NCBI GenBank assembly: GCA_964036045.1 | Contig: OZ038378.1 | Span: 11,594,001 to 11,658,000, forward strand | Reading direction: 5' to 3' | Source: Eutreptiella sp. 'Long Island Sound 2002' | Taxonomy: Eukaryota > Protista > Euglenida | DNA: 64,000 bases | In this document: one piece after another, positions 13,770 to 25,903 of the stretch | How positions within the stretch are numbered: position 1 is the stretch's first letter | Layout of the letters: the number at the start of each line of letters is the position of its first letter | The notes under the pieces: model-generated | The model's database searches: none | What the model saw: the letters and a program-made list of their open reading frames with translations, nothing else | Told to the model about the DNA's origin: nothing | Position numbers and translations under genes: made by a program

Positions 13770-14275
13770 ATATGCTATGTAAAGCATGTTTTAGCCCTCT
13801 TTTACGTGTTTTTCACCCTATTTGGGTGTTGGGGGGGGGTCTCCCAAGGGGTGTAGGGCACAACCTGCTTATGCAGTTTTCCCGCCTCGGCAGCTCAAAA
13901 ATGGAACTTTCCGAAACTGATTTTTTTGATACTTTGACCATCCAAAATCATCAAATATCCTATGTAAAGCATGTTTTAGCCCCTCTTTATGCGTTTTTCA
14001 CCCTGTTTGGGTGTTGGGGGGAGGGGGGGGCTCCCAAGGGGTCTAGGGCACACAACCTGCTTATGCAGTTTTTCCGCCTCGGCTGCTCAAAAATGGAAAA
14101 TTCCAAAACTGATTTTTTTGATAATTTGACCATCCAAAATGATCAAATATCCTATGCAAAGCATGTTGTAGCCCCTCTTTATGCGTTTTTCACCCTATTT
14201 GGGTGTTTGGGGGGGGGGGGGGGGGGCTCCCAAGGGGTCTAGGGCACAACCTACTTATGCAGCTTTCCCGCCTGA
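13770..14275. repeat. ~185-193 bp tandem repeat, about 2.7 copies
   Basis: AAGCATGTT(T)TAGCCCCTCTTTATGCGTTTTTCACCCT...poly-G...CTCCCAAGGGGT(C)TAGGGCAC recurs three times, with variable G-run length. Confidence 0.9.
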
Positions 14276-14459
14276 GCAACTCAAAAAAAGGCTGTCCCTC
14301 TCCCCTCTTCGAGGTGCCTTGCCGAAGGCAATAGAATTTCCTCCCTCGCCCGGCCTCCATCTCTGAGGAATCGTCCCCAGTTGGGAGGTTGGCAAAGGAC
14401 AATGCTGGCGCCCCTCCCCCCTCCCCACCACTAATGATGATGCCCTTCTGTGTGTGTGT

Positions 14460-15459
14460 CCATCTGTGGAAAGCGAGTCCACGTCCCCGAGGGGTAACCA
14501 AAGGACGCACAACGTTGGTTGGAGCACCACCAAATGTTCATTGATGGCTTGACCAAGTATATCAAAAATAATCTCTATGCGGCTTGTGTGCAGAACGCCA
14601 ATCCACATGCAAGTCATCAGATTAGCCAAATTCATGAGGCTCGAAGTCTACTTTCATCTTGGGGGGGGGGGGGGCGAACTCCTCGTACTCGACCCGATCA
14701 TGTCGTACCTCGTACCAAGACAGGGAAGAAATGGTAAAAGTGGCACGACATGGGTGTTTGTTCTTAAACATTTCCTAGCGTAGTACATAAACAACGATGG
14801 TGGTATTTGAAGGGGAAATGATACCAAGGTGTAATAACGTGATGATGTGGATCATCTTGTGCATGCAAGTAGTACATAAACATGTATCACGTGTCATGTT
14901 GTTGACAACATGTGCAGGGGAAAGGATACTACAAATTTAATAAGGTTGATCATCATGTGCATGCAAACCTGCCGTTATTCATGCACTATTTTTCCGGCTT
15001 CATTGGTCTTTGCTTTGTTCGTTTCCTGTGTCAGCCCTTTTTGTTTCCTCTTGTCACTTCCCTATGGGCCGACAACAGGAGCCATTTGACCCAGCCAAGC
15101 ACACTAGGTGCAAATGTGGGTGGTTCTACAACAAGAATCTGCCCGCTAACAAGCTGGAACAACACAAACAGGGGCCGCATCATCGACTGTTCGAAGAAGA
15201 TGAAAGATTGCGGGGCTCTTTGCTACAGCAGGTGGCAACCCTGGTCCCTGGGATCTTGGACACATGGAATACATCACACTATAAGAAAAAATTCCCAGCG
15301 TGCAAAATTCAAGTCCCCAGGACATATGGAATGCATCAAACCAAAAAAAAAAAAAAAAGAAGAAGAAGAACAGTACCCATGCCATCTGAACACCTAGGTC
15401 GGCTTAAAATGTCGTACCACACTCTTGAAAAGGCAATTTGCAGGGAACGTCCCATGTGA
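14460..15459 (+). pseudogene. Disrupted ORF fragments with two Cys/His finger-like motifs, probably transposon-derived
   Basis: (C)SICGKRVHVPEG*PKDAQRWLEHHQ near 14460-14530. RCKCGWFYNKNLPANKLEQHKQGPHH within ORF 15010-15459. Confidence 0.3.
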
Positions 15460-15727
15460 ACATACTTTCCAATGACACCCCATGCCCATTTTCACTAATG
15501 TACACCACCTGTAGCCCTCGGGCATCACAGGAAGGCCGGATTCCTCCCCTTTTGTGTGTTGGTATACTTGCCGTACCTCGTACTTCGGGAAGGAAAAAGT
15601 TCCATAATTAATCGGGTCCTCAATTCCGTTCTGCCCCCCCCCCCCCCCGGTTCATCTGCATGTCGGAGATTTCTTCCAGTTGGTGCATATTTTGTCACAT
15701 TTTCCTCCTCTTTTCTCTAGTCTCTTG

Positions 15728-15823
15728 TCCTCTCCTCTCCTCTCCTCTCCTCTCCTCTCCTCTCCTCTCCTCTCCTCTCCTCTCCTCTCCTCTCCTCTCC
15801 TCTCCTCTCCTCTCCTCTCCTCT
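15728..15823 (+). repeat. (CCTCT)n pentanucleotide microsatellite
   Basis: About 19 perfect units, directly visible. Confidence 0.98.
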
Positions 15824-16049
15824 CAAGTCACCCTTCATGCTGCAGCTCCATTGATACACCCATGCCGGGGGTACCCAAATGTCTGTGGGGGCTATATGCT
15901 TCACCTCCTTTGGTAGCAATGGCAGTTGTTGGGGGGTTCTTCTTGTTTTTCATTTTTTCTGAAAAAGAAGTGTTCGCGGTTTATGCCACAAAAAAGTTTT
16001 TGTATTTTTTTCTGATGATTGGGCCTCCCTGGCAGGGGGTGTGGGCAGC

Positions 16050-17100
16050 TGCAGCCATCAACATCCTAGGGATGAGATATTTGGAGTGGTGGAGACCGTT
16101 GTTGCATGCAAACCCCTGAGGCCACTGTGTCCCTGCCTTCAAAAGGGGTGTTTGTTACACTACAACGTTACTTGCTCTGACGCGCACGGTGCAGGTGGTG
16201 CACACGCCGTGCGAGTTTCAGCACCCTCCATCGCCAGTCAATTCATCTTTCGCCATAACACCCGATATGCCTTTCAATCCTCACCATCCTTTGCCTTGGG
16301 ACAATCGAGCCTCCAGGTTGTGGGAGCCTCTGGGTTGTGGGATGGGAGTCTGGAGAATGGCCTCTCATGTCCAAGGTCCAAAAGTTTAGCAATTTGCTGG
16401 ATATTTTCTGAACACCATTTTCATTATCAAATGAAGTAGTTACTGACCATTTTTCTGACCCACAGCAGCCCTTGGTTGGTAGTTGACCATGTGCACACAC
16501 TTGTTATGACTATGGGCCAAGTAAATAAGTAGATTGTGACAATCAGTGGTGGGGTTGCACCACCTGCAACTGGTGGACAAAACATTCGCTGCCCACCTTA
16601 TTTTCAACAATTGTTGTGGCTTCCTTTGGCAACCATTGCTGCCCAATAAAAACTCTTGAAATTGTAACATGCAAGGGCCAAGGGCACAGTGTCATCCCCG
16701 ATAGATTATGGACCTCAAGAGAATGGGGAGGGTTATCCACAACAGTCACAGCAACAAAGGCCTTGGAGGAAGTTGGCATATGCCCCCGGAACAATTATGC
16801 ACGTATTTTAAAGTCAGGTTTGACGACCCCCCCCCCCAGGTGAACAAGCAATATGAACAAGCATATGTCTGCAGATTTTCTGGAAGCTTTGCCTTCTTCA
16901 ACAGCCATCCACCAGGAGCTCCACGAACCTGTTTACTCAGAGGCACGTAACTGTGGTATATTTTGGTACCCTCATTTAGGCCAATCAGGCCGCATGCACT
17001 GGAGGATCCCATTGCAGATATATACAGGATCAATGTGCATTCGACGCCGGAAGGAATCAGTTACACAATGAATAAGGAAACCTTGATGGATCTTTCAATG
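16050..17100 (+). pseudogene. Possible highly decayed LINE RT
   Basis: Weak remnants only: QHPPSPVNSSFAI (GxPLSPxLFAI-like) and QFAGYF (FADD-like). Many stops. Confidence 0.25.
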
Positions 17101-17194
17101 CTATGTCATTGTGTTTTGTTCTCCATTCTTGTTGTGGGGCTAAAGCTGGACCCGCTGTTTAGACAATGCCCATTTCGATGTTGGTTGGTGTTGG

Positions 17195-18270
17195 CAGATT
17201 CATGTACCAAAAAATGTACCAAATGTACCAATGTACCCCCCGTTCTGGCAAAATGTACCAAAAAACCCCCCTGGGGGTTTTCTGGTACATTTTGGGGGGT
17301 TTTTGGTACATTTTGCGCCAGAACGGGGGGTATTTTGGTACAAAGTGGGGGTGTTTTGGTATTCACCACTGCTTTTTGGACTGGTTTTGGTTGACATAAG
17401 CCGAGTATCTTGGAAAAAATACATGGTTGCGCAATTTTTTTGGTATTCGGCGGGGGGTTTTGTAACATTTCGGGGGTTTTTGGTACGTTCCGGGGGTTTT
17501 TTTGGTACATTTTGGGGGGTTTTATGGTACATTTGGGGGGGGGGGGTACAATGAAGGGGGTTTTGTGGTGCAATTAAAGGGTGGTTTAAGGTACAATGCA
17601 GGGGGTTTCAAGTACACATCTGGGGTTTTTCAGTACATTTTGTCTGGTCAGTTTCTGAGATTTTTTTTTAATATCCTCCGGGAGTGAGTGGGGTATGGGA
17701 GCCCAGGCAGGGTGTTAGGTGCATCCTCAGAACTGTTAGCCCCCCCCAAAAAAATCGTATGTCCAAGTCTAGCTTTGTTTGTAGTGCATGTGGCTGGTCC
17801 ATTCAGGCAAATTTCAGGCATGGAGGTAGGAGAGGGAATGGAAGGTCATGGAATTTAATGTGAGTGTCCTCTCAGTTTTTTGATTGGGTGCAGGAGGGGT
17901 GTGTGAGTTGTGGAAAGTGGTGGAAATGAGGAAGCCCCGAGGCAACCCATCCTGGGGTTTTTTAGTATGAAAGGGGGCAACCAAGTTGGTTTTTGGTACA
18001 CAACGGTCCACAACTGTAGCATACATGGAGAAGACTGTTGTCTTGCCTTTTGGTTGAAAGGGTGTTTTTGTTGGTGCATATTGGATTTGTGGGTGTCCAT
18101 TGTGACAATGTCAATAGGGGGGTTTTTTGGTAGAAACAGTAGGTTTTTGGGTAATTTTGGGGGTTTTTTTGGTACATTTTGGGCGTTTTTTGGCTTCTGC
18201 CCCGGGGGTTTTTTGGTAGAAAATGGTCTTTTTCAGTACAAAGTGGAGAGTTTTTTGGTAGGCACTGCAA
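17195..18270. repeat. Low-complexity (TTTTGGTACATTTTGGGG)-type degenerate repeat blocks (17195-17650, 18080-18270)
   Basis: Repeated GGTACA cores between T and G runs. Confidence 0.8.
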
Positions 18271-18449
18271 AAAGTAGTGATGGCAATATGTACTGCACCA
18301 AAACACACAAGCCAAAATTGCATATGGCAATGTACGTCTCGTTATTTTTTATCATCATGAGAATCCAACGCTAACCATCAGTGTACATTACATTACATGC
18401 TACAACCCTCAATCGGGCATCATAATGTGAGTTGTGCAATTTTAATTGT

Positions 18450-21400
18450 GACTGAATGGAGTCATGCTCCTACTGCTTTACTAGGTTGATTGCTATGCTT
18501 CATTCCGTGTAAAACTGGGACGCATTTGCCTCGGCAGATTTCAAGTTTGCTCGGCATTGTTTCCCATACTACTTTGGGCCTTTTGCAAGGGGAAGTTGGG
18601 TAGTTTGGGCGGGCTAAGATGCAATTGCAATTCATTTACCACCATGCCTACAACAGTCTAAACCCCCCCCCCCCCCCGGATTTCAGAATCATTTTGCAAG
18701 AGAGGTTGAAACACCATATTTCGAGGCAGTTAGCTTCATGCATTCATCATTTTGAGGTATGCATGCTACATCTCTAGGATATCATCCATTTACACAGCCT
18801 ACCCCACCCACCCGTTGTGGCCACCTTGTGTATTTCATAGGGACCAAGGAAATGAGAAGCTTCCTAGCTGTGGGGATTATGAAAATTATAGCATTCAAGG
18901 TGGTAGTGAAAAAGACATTCATTTTATTGTTTATGAGTGGTGAGTGTGGGCTGCTTATGTTTGGGGGGCATGGAGTTCTAGATGCACTTTGTTGTTCTAG
19001 AGAAACATAACTACCACTTGTTCATGATGCATTTCATTTTGGCAAGTCCGAGCAAGTTCAACTCCTGCGCACCACTAGCCCCATTCTGAGACCAAGTAGC
19101 AGAAACTAGAAGACTCCCATTTCTAATCGTTCCTGTACTGGGGCCAGCTAAGACAAAGGCAGAAGTTTGAACTTGGAACTAGCACCAGCGACCGCGCAAA
19201 ATTGAGCAGAGGTTGCACTCTGTTATAAAAGCGGCTGAAGGGGTCATAAGAGCCGCTGTTTCCCAATTGAGAGACCGCATGGCGACTAACCTCCAAAGTA
19301 AGTGGCAATGTGGTAAAAGCGCTTCTCGCATTACAAGTTGCAATATTAGGCCATCCGCTGTTGCGTAAGACCACCTTTGTTGAGTAGTTGATTGCAAACG
19401 AGAGAATATGTTGCACACTACACGTAAAAAACACCAACAACAGGTGCATTTGATAATCAGATGTCAACACCAAGAAGCATGTCAACCAATCATGAAGACA
19501 GAACTTGTCGTGTTCCATGGCATCAACAAGACAATCACACTAACCACAGTCTTTGGGGACGAATGAGAGGGAGCAAGCAAGACAAAGCAACGGGGACATA
19601 AATCGGGTGTTGCTTGTTGGGTAAGCAAAAGCACTACCTAACCTATGGAGGATGCGCTTTGCGCAGCGAGCTTCTTGTTCGTAATAATGTCTACGTTGTG
19701 TGCCACCCCGAGACCATTTTTGCGTTTCTATATTTCAGCAAGCTTCGTTCATCGTAGAATCACATCTCCACGTGGCGCGAATGAGCAGGATCCAAGGCAT
19801 GGTGGTGTTCGCAGAAAAAGCTGCAAGCACATCAATTTTCTCAAATGGTTTTTCTTCACCTCTCGCAGTTATAGAAAAAGATAACACATAAGAAGCACTG
19901 CCATACACCCAAAAAAAAAAGCAATTCATTGCATTCTCTATGTGCTCACACGTATCTTTGCAAAAGACACTAACACTAGCCAAGATGCAATATTTGCACA
20001 ACACAGTACAAGTGAAAAGCGGGAAAAAGGTGGCAGTTGTCCGTCCATAACAAGTATGACATTGTCCACAATTAATTGATTTTTGTTCTCCTGGCTCACT
20101 TTGTTCATAACCTGCTAGTTTTATTCATTATAATTGATTTACTGGGGCAAAATGTAGTCTTCAAAGCAGAGCAAGTAGCACCACATCAAAGCACGACTCG
20201 CAAAATGAAAAGATGTTTAGAAAACGAAGAGGGTATATGTACACAGCATGCGTACCAAATGCTGAAATACCAACAAGTTGAAACAATAGCTAACACGCAG
20301 AAAGAAATTGGGCATAGGTTCCTCAAGCATGTGCCTTGCCTCTTGATTTGAGGCGCTCAATTACAAACTGCTAGGAAACACTCCATATTTTGCCGGGGTG
20401 GCATGGTTGTGGCACATGGAGTCAGTGCCATGTTACATAGCTAGCAAAACTAGTGACACTTGAACCACGAACATCTCAAAAAGAGGGCCATTAGTTCGCA
20501 CACCATAGTCCGCTGCGGCAGCAAATTTTGTAATGTAAAATAGTAGAAAGTTCTATATTCCATTTCTTCATATCAGATCAGCCAAAAGATAGAAAAACAA
20601 AAAGACACAAACCAATCATTTCGTTGCAAATTTGCGGGGCTTCCATGCCCTTAGTGCCATGGGGTACCTTGCATTACACTATGTTGATACCCGGCAAGTT
20701 CATCTCATTTCTGTCGTTGGCTTTGTAAGCAAAATACATTAATTCAAAATTTGCTAAGACAAATGCATACAAAATAAATTCTTAAAAGATGCAGAATTTG
20801 ATTGTTAGATAAGAGCTACTTGGGGCCAGCAAAATATACTTGATCTAAATGTTTGGCTTGGTACACCTAGGCTGAGGAGAAAGAGAGGCGCAGAAAACTA
20901 GCATAGCATGTCTTGGAAGCAGATATTATCGGGCGCCATGTAACAGTGTATTGTAGTCTTTGCTTTGTTCAGCGGGACCACAATTCGTTGAAAAGCTTCT
21001 ATTTGTTGTCTGATGGGTGCACCCTTGGTTGTTGATACTTCACTTTTGCGTGAATTGTTGTTTATGTGTGATTTTGCCGTGTTTGTTGCACATGCGACTT
21101 CATATTGTGCTTTACAGTCAGCTATGTACGCTCGGAACTTTTTCGTTGAAACGGTGCATAATGGCCACACTATTGCCGTCCAAAGACGACTCTAATTTAA
21201 TAGAAGCGCAGCGTACACAGGAGCAAGTTGCAAAGCACAAACAAAATTTTATATGGTACCAAGATAGAATTTCATGCCATTGGCAAAATAGTCAAATTTT
21301 ATATCTACGATATTGGATGGAATCGGATCAACGATATCTCCGTTCCGCCAAAGACTCAGCTAGCAGTGTTAATTCCAAAAATTGGCTTGACCTTCAAAGT
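18450..21400 (-). mobile_element. Degenerate AT-rich KDZ-like transposase relic
   Basis: Minus strand near 18500-18562 reads NNAEQT*NLPRQMRPSFTR (TGA probably from TGG), matching the N..EQ.W.L...M motif also seen in the intact element (NSEACEQLFVWLSR). Cys-rich and hydrophobic ORF fragments lie upstream (19123-21170). Ends not defined. Confidence 0.4.
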
Positions 21401-21479
21401 GATGAAGAAGTTTGCTTTTGCAGATGCAAAGCAGTAGAAGCACCAACGGGGCTGACGCAAGCAGATGGGCGGGTTTGAC

Positions 21480-23128
21480 CACTCTCTACACGGTCCACAC
21501 CATAAATACCTGAAAGGCTACAAGTGCTACGCAAAAGGTCCTCAAGGGTTGCGGTGACGCTCAAAAGTCCTTGGCGCCAGGTGGGGGTCATCGATTCCTC
21601 GAGGTTGTCGTCCTCCAACCGTTCCATCTCTTCCAGCACAGCGCCAAACAGCGGTCTAGAGATTTTGCAATACCCAGACTGTCGTTGACAGATGACTAGT
21701 ACTGCTACTTGACTCCTAGAACGGACTTGTTAGCTGTGAGTCGGATGCGTGTTTTTTGCACATCTTGGAAGTTCTGCAAGAGGGCTAACCCCTTGTATCC
21801 TTGTCACTACATGAGGAATGAACATTGGGCATTGATCCCTCATTTGTGCCGTTGGCAAGAGACTCATTGTGGTTGTCCTCAAACTAATTAGTAACATTGA
21901 TCCCACCTAGACAAGATGTTTCGGTCCCCGGTGAATATTCAACTTGTCACGAAGGATATCCGGCGGTTCAGCAGCTGGACAATGGAGGTCCCGGATTGTA
22001 TACTAAGACTGTGGTCAACATCGCAAACAAAGCAGGCGACAAGGGGTCCCCTTGTCGCACCCCCGAGGAGGGACGAAGCTCCACATCGGGCACGCACCCA
22101 GACCCGACACAAAAAGAATGGGCGACACCACCAAAGACATGATGAGCCGCAAATATGGCTCCGGTAAACCCAGGAAGCGCAAATACGTCGCCATACAATC
22201 TTGCACCACCGAATCACAGGCCTTCGTAAAATCTATCGTTAAGTAGCCACCGTCCCCGTGCGTTTCCCAAAGACCCCGCACCCCCCACACATCGTCTAGC
22301 ATCTGTCGTTTACACATGAACCCCTTCTGCTCCGGCGCGGTCAACTACTGCTGCAGAGCGTCCTCTAATTGGAGCAGGATGACCTGCGTTACCCACTTTA
22401 TGCAACTGTTCTGCAAACAAATTGGTTGCAAGTCGCCTAGCCCCACCTCCCCAGAGTGTTTTGGTATACACCGCATGAGGCACTGAGACCAGGCGTCTGG
22501 CACTGCACCCGCGAACAAAAAAAGACTGCAGAGAGGCCAGAGGGCGGGGGACAAAAATAGCGGGAAACTTTTTGTATACATCTGTCATCACCCCGTCCAC
22601 CCCGGGGGAGGAGCCCCGCGGCATGCGCTCTAAAGCCGCTAGCACAAGCTCTTCTGTGAGAGGGTGCATCAACAGCGGTATTGGACGCCGTATCTTTTCT
22701 GGTATGCCCAGTGACTCAAAATAACGAAGTTGAGACTCCGGACTCTCCCCCTCCGTCCCCATGATTCATGCCCAGAAACCCTTCAAGGCAGAAGCTATTT
22801 CCCCCGAAGATGACAACAGATTGCCCTGCTCGTCCCGCAAACGCTGCAGACGTTTGCGACCCTGTAGCTCACGCAGAAGCCTATGAATCTTTTGCCTCCG
22901 CTCCAACTCCGCTTTCCCGCGTTCCTCCCCAGTGAGGAGGACGTTGCGCAGCTTGCGCGTCACTGTCTCCTGCGCCACCGCCTCCTTGTACTCTCCAAAT
23001 GGGGGGGGAGGGGGGGCTGGAGGTTGTGCTGGGAGAGGGAGAAGTGGCTGGAGTAGGTATGGGAAGATGGGGTAAGAAGGCAGAGGGCCATGAAGCAACG
23101 GATGCTTAGGTACTGAACGACCCCCGTG
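21480..23128 (-). mobile_element. Truncated, internally deleted LINE ORF2 (RT) related to the element at 57910
   Basis: RRQKIHRLLRELQGRKRLQRLRDEQG; GSSPGVDG; LQPICLQNSCIKWVT; EQKGF; IDFTKACDSV; SGVRQGDPLSPALFAML. These are colinear with ORF2 at 59250-60140, with several frameshifts and stops. Confidence 0.9.
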
Positions 23129-25114
23129 ACACAGGCCAAACAATCATCGCTGTTTTATTGTCCAAGAGTACTGCTGTCCAATTCGTTTGCATGTTTTGAC
23201 ACCACACCAATTTGTTCACACCTCAGGCGGGTTGAGCTCAAGGATAGGGTAACCCCAAACAAGGCCCCACCCCAGAAGAAGAAGGCAGAGGGGGGGGGGG
23301 GGGGTTGGATGAGGACTGGTGAATGCTGATGATGGAGGAACTGAAAGGAAACTGAAATTTCCCCTGGGCATCTAATGCTGGTTTTCAGTCTCAGTTTGTT
23401 CTTCCTTTGGCTGTCCTCTGGTTTGGGCCCAGTGCACTATACTGGATTTTCTTCAGCTACATCAGGTCGTGCCTTTGGTTCCGCTGGGAAGTGCTTTGCA
23501 CCCTGGCCGGCTGTCCTTAGTGCTGCTGTCGTTCAGTTGAACTTCAGTTCGCTAAGCACGCTCTGCCCTTGGTTAGGCCGCTTTTGATATGCTCTTGGGC
23601 GGGAAAGCGCCATGCCTTAAAAAGTGCAGGGCAGGTGGGTTGGACACTGAAGTGCGCTGCCCTAGGAACAGCGTAAAGCATCCGCCCCCAAAATCCCAGT
23701 TGTCTCGGAATGGGCGTGTGGGCGTGGCACAACATCGTGCATTTTGGTATGCACCATATGACAAAATGTGGAACTGTTTGTAAGGCATGGGTGGCGACCA
23801 CAATGAAATTCTTCATCCCGAATGTGGTCCCCAGCGGCGAGAAATCACCCACAGGGTTAGCGGGCTACCGGTCAATGGGGAGAAAAACCACCTGGCGAAT
23901 TGAGGTCAGAATATTGACTCACTTTTCGAGGCTGAGGCTGAGGCTGGTCAGTGTGCACCTCTACAAAGTGCCCGTAACCTGACCCCAACCAAACTATGTC
24001 GACAGACACAAGTTGTCCTACCTGCAACCATGAGCATGCAAAGCCCTACCCTAAGATCGTCTGACAGGCCTGCCTTAACACCCTTGATCGACAGCCCAAG
24101 AAGCGGAAAGCGGATTAATTGTGCTCCTTTCAGCCGAAGTGCATCCCAGAGCTCCGCTCAATACAACTCACAGCGCATTTCGCCGAGGTAGACCCGAACC
24201 TCAACATCCCTATGCAGCCAGCTGGGTCCGATCGAGGGCAAACAAACCCACTGCCTCACTTCTAAGCAGAGTCTTCCGCTGCATTTCAGCCTCATTGCTC
24301 TTGTACATCCACTCTCAACCCACGCTTGCCCCGCCTTCGTTACAGTCACATCCCATATGCATCCTTCTCTTCATTTTCCCCGGAACACCAACCCAGGCAC
24401 CTGCTGGATTGTGGGGCATGCCCCGGAAACTTGAGACACGACGTCAACAGTCATCAGAAATGATGCCGAACACTTCCAGTAGCACAGGGGTCAGGCCACA
24501 GTTCAATGACCGCCGTGCCGCAAGACAATTCAGTCGGAGCACAAACTGCGAGGACCAGTTGAGGCACAGGAAACCGAAACATTCTGCTCTGCTGCCGATG
24601 CCGGGCATATGGCCTGGAGCCAACATTGACCCCCTCAACGGCATGCAGGGAAGAGGGGTGTCGCCCACCCACCCACCCACCAGACCACATTAGAGACATT
24701 CTCTTTTGGAAAACCTGAAACTCTTGCTCCAGACGCCAGACGCTTGAGACCGATTTTGGATGCACAACTGCAAAATTGCAGCATCCCCCGCCCCCAGAGG
24801 TAGGGTGTTGTATGACTCAGCAATTGCCTCGCAAGGCTAGTGGGCACCCCCTGAACTGCTTCTGATGGTGTAGTTCATCATTTGTTTATTTAGAAGTCAA
24901 CCGAAACGTCGAATGTACATGCGATGCACAAGCACTCGCCATGCACAGGGGACACCCAGGGGCGTACAAATGGCACACAGAGGGCACGAATGTGTCACCG
25001 CGAAGATTCTTGGGCACTTGTTGATCATTGACCCCAGCAACAAACGCAATCAGCGTGTCTTAGGCGCACTCCATTGAAATGTCGCTCACACATGGGACTT
25101 GGGCGATGACAGAC

Positions 25115-25903
25115 TCAGAACTCACCAGGCGTTCCCTTTCCCTCTCCCTTTCCCTTTCCCTTTCCCTTTCCCTTTCCCTTTCCCTTTCCCTTTCCCTTTC
25201 CCGGCCTTCCCAACATCCGTGCCTTCTTCTGTTCTGTTCTGTTCTGTTTGCACACTTGGCAGTAGCGTGGCATACTGTGAGGCCCATAATTTTTAAACAT
25301 AAGCCACTGTTGCTCTTCAACTCCGACAACAAAACTGCCCTGGCATTCCTTGCATTTCAGAGTCGCTTCCGCGTACTTTTTTTGTTGCATAAGGGCCAAG
25401 AGTTCCTGCCTTTCCGGGTCGAGGTCCTGCACTTCTGCTGGCTGCTTCTGTGTTTGCTCTGCCTGTTTCACGGGCTCCATGACCTTCTGCACCTGCTCCT
25501 CCTTCTTCTCGGGCGTCACCTCTGGGGAGGCCTCCTCACCTGTTGCGAGCTGCTTCGACTTATTCAAGGCCGCGTCCGCCTTCGGCGCCTTTTTCTTGGG
25601 CTTGGGCTTCGGTTCCTCTGCTTGCTGCTCCTCCTCCTTCTCAGGCGTCACCTCTGGGGCGGCCTCCTCACCTGTTGCAAGCTGCTGCCACTTCTTCAAG
25701 GCTTCGTCCGCCTTCGGCACCTTTTTCTTCGGCCTGGGCGTCGGTTCCTCTACTTGCCACCATCCCTGTACCTTTCCACCATTTGACTCTTGGCCAGCAG
25801 CAACGTCCTTCTTGGTCTTCTTTTTCAGTGCCTTTTTCAATTTCTTTTTCGGGGGCTCTGCTTCCACATCGTCGGACGCCGGTGCTCGCGCCGTCTTGGC
25901 CAT
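25115..25903 (-). CDS. Lys/Glu/Pro-rich protein with a zf-trcl-like zinc ribbon and a (GK)n tail
   Basis: Open intronless frame from ATG at 25903. LKCKECQGSFVVGVEEQQWLMFKNYGPHSMPRYCQVCKQNR fits the C..C...F.....EQ.....P.RC..C zinc-ribbon pattern. A ~40-aa internal duplication is present. An AATAAA-like sequence lies near 24885 on the minus strand. Confidence 0.7.
   Translation of the reverse strand: MAKTARAPASDDVEAEPPKKKLKKALKKKTKKDVAAGQESNGGKVQGWWQVEEPTPRPKKKVPKADEALKKWQQLATGEEAAPEVTPEKEEEQQAEEPKPKPKKKAPKADAALNKSKQLATGEEASPEVTPEKKEEQVQKVMEPVKQAEQTQKQPAEVQDLDPERQELLALMQQKKYAEATLKCKECQGSFVVGVEEQQWLMFKNYGPHSMPRYCQVCKQNRTEQKKARMLGRPGKGKGKGKGKGKGKGKGKGEGKGTPGEF
25133..25201 (+). repeat. (CCTTTC)n hexamer microsatellite encoding the GK repeat of the minus-strand ORF
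   Basis: About 11 units, in frame with ORF 25115-25903. Confidence 0.95.

Noticed and set aside
23950-24800. Tyrosine recombinase relic linked to the zinc-ribbon ORF
   Set aside because: I could not find the R...H..R...Y motifs in any frame.
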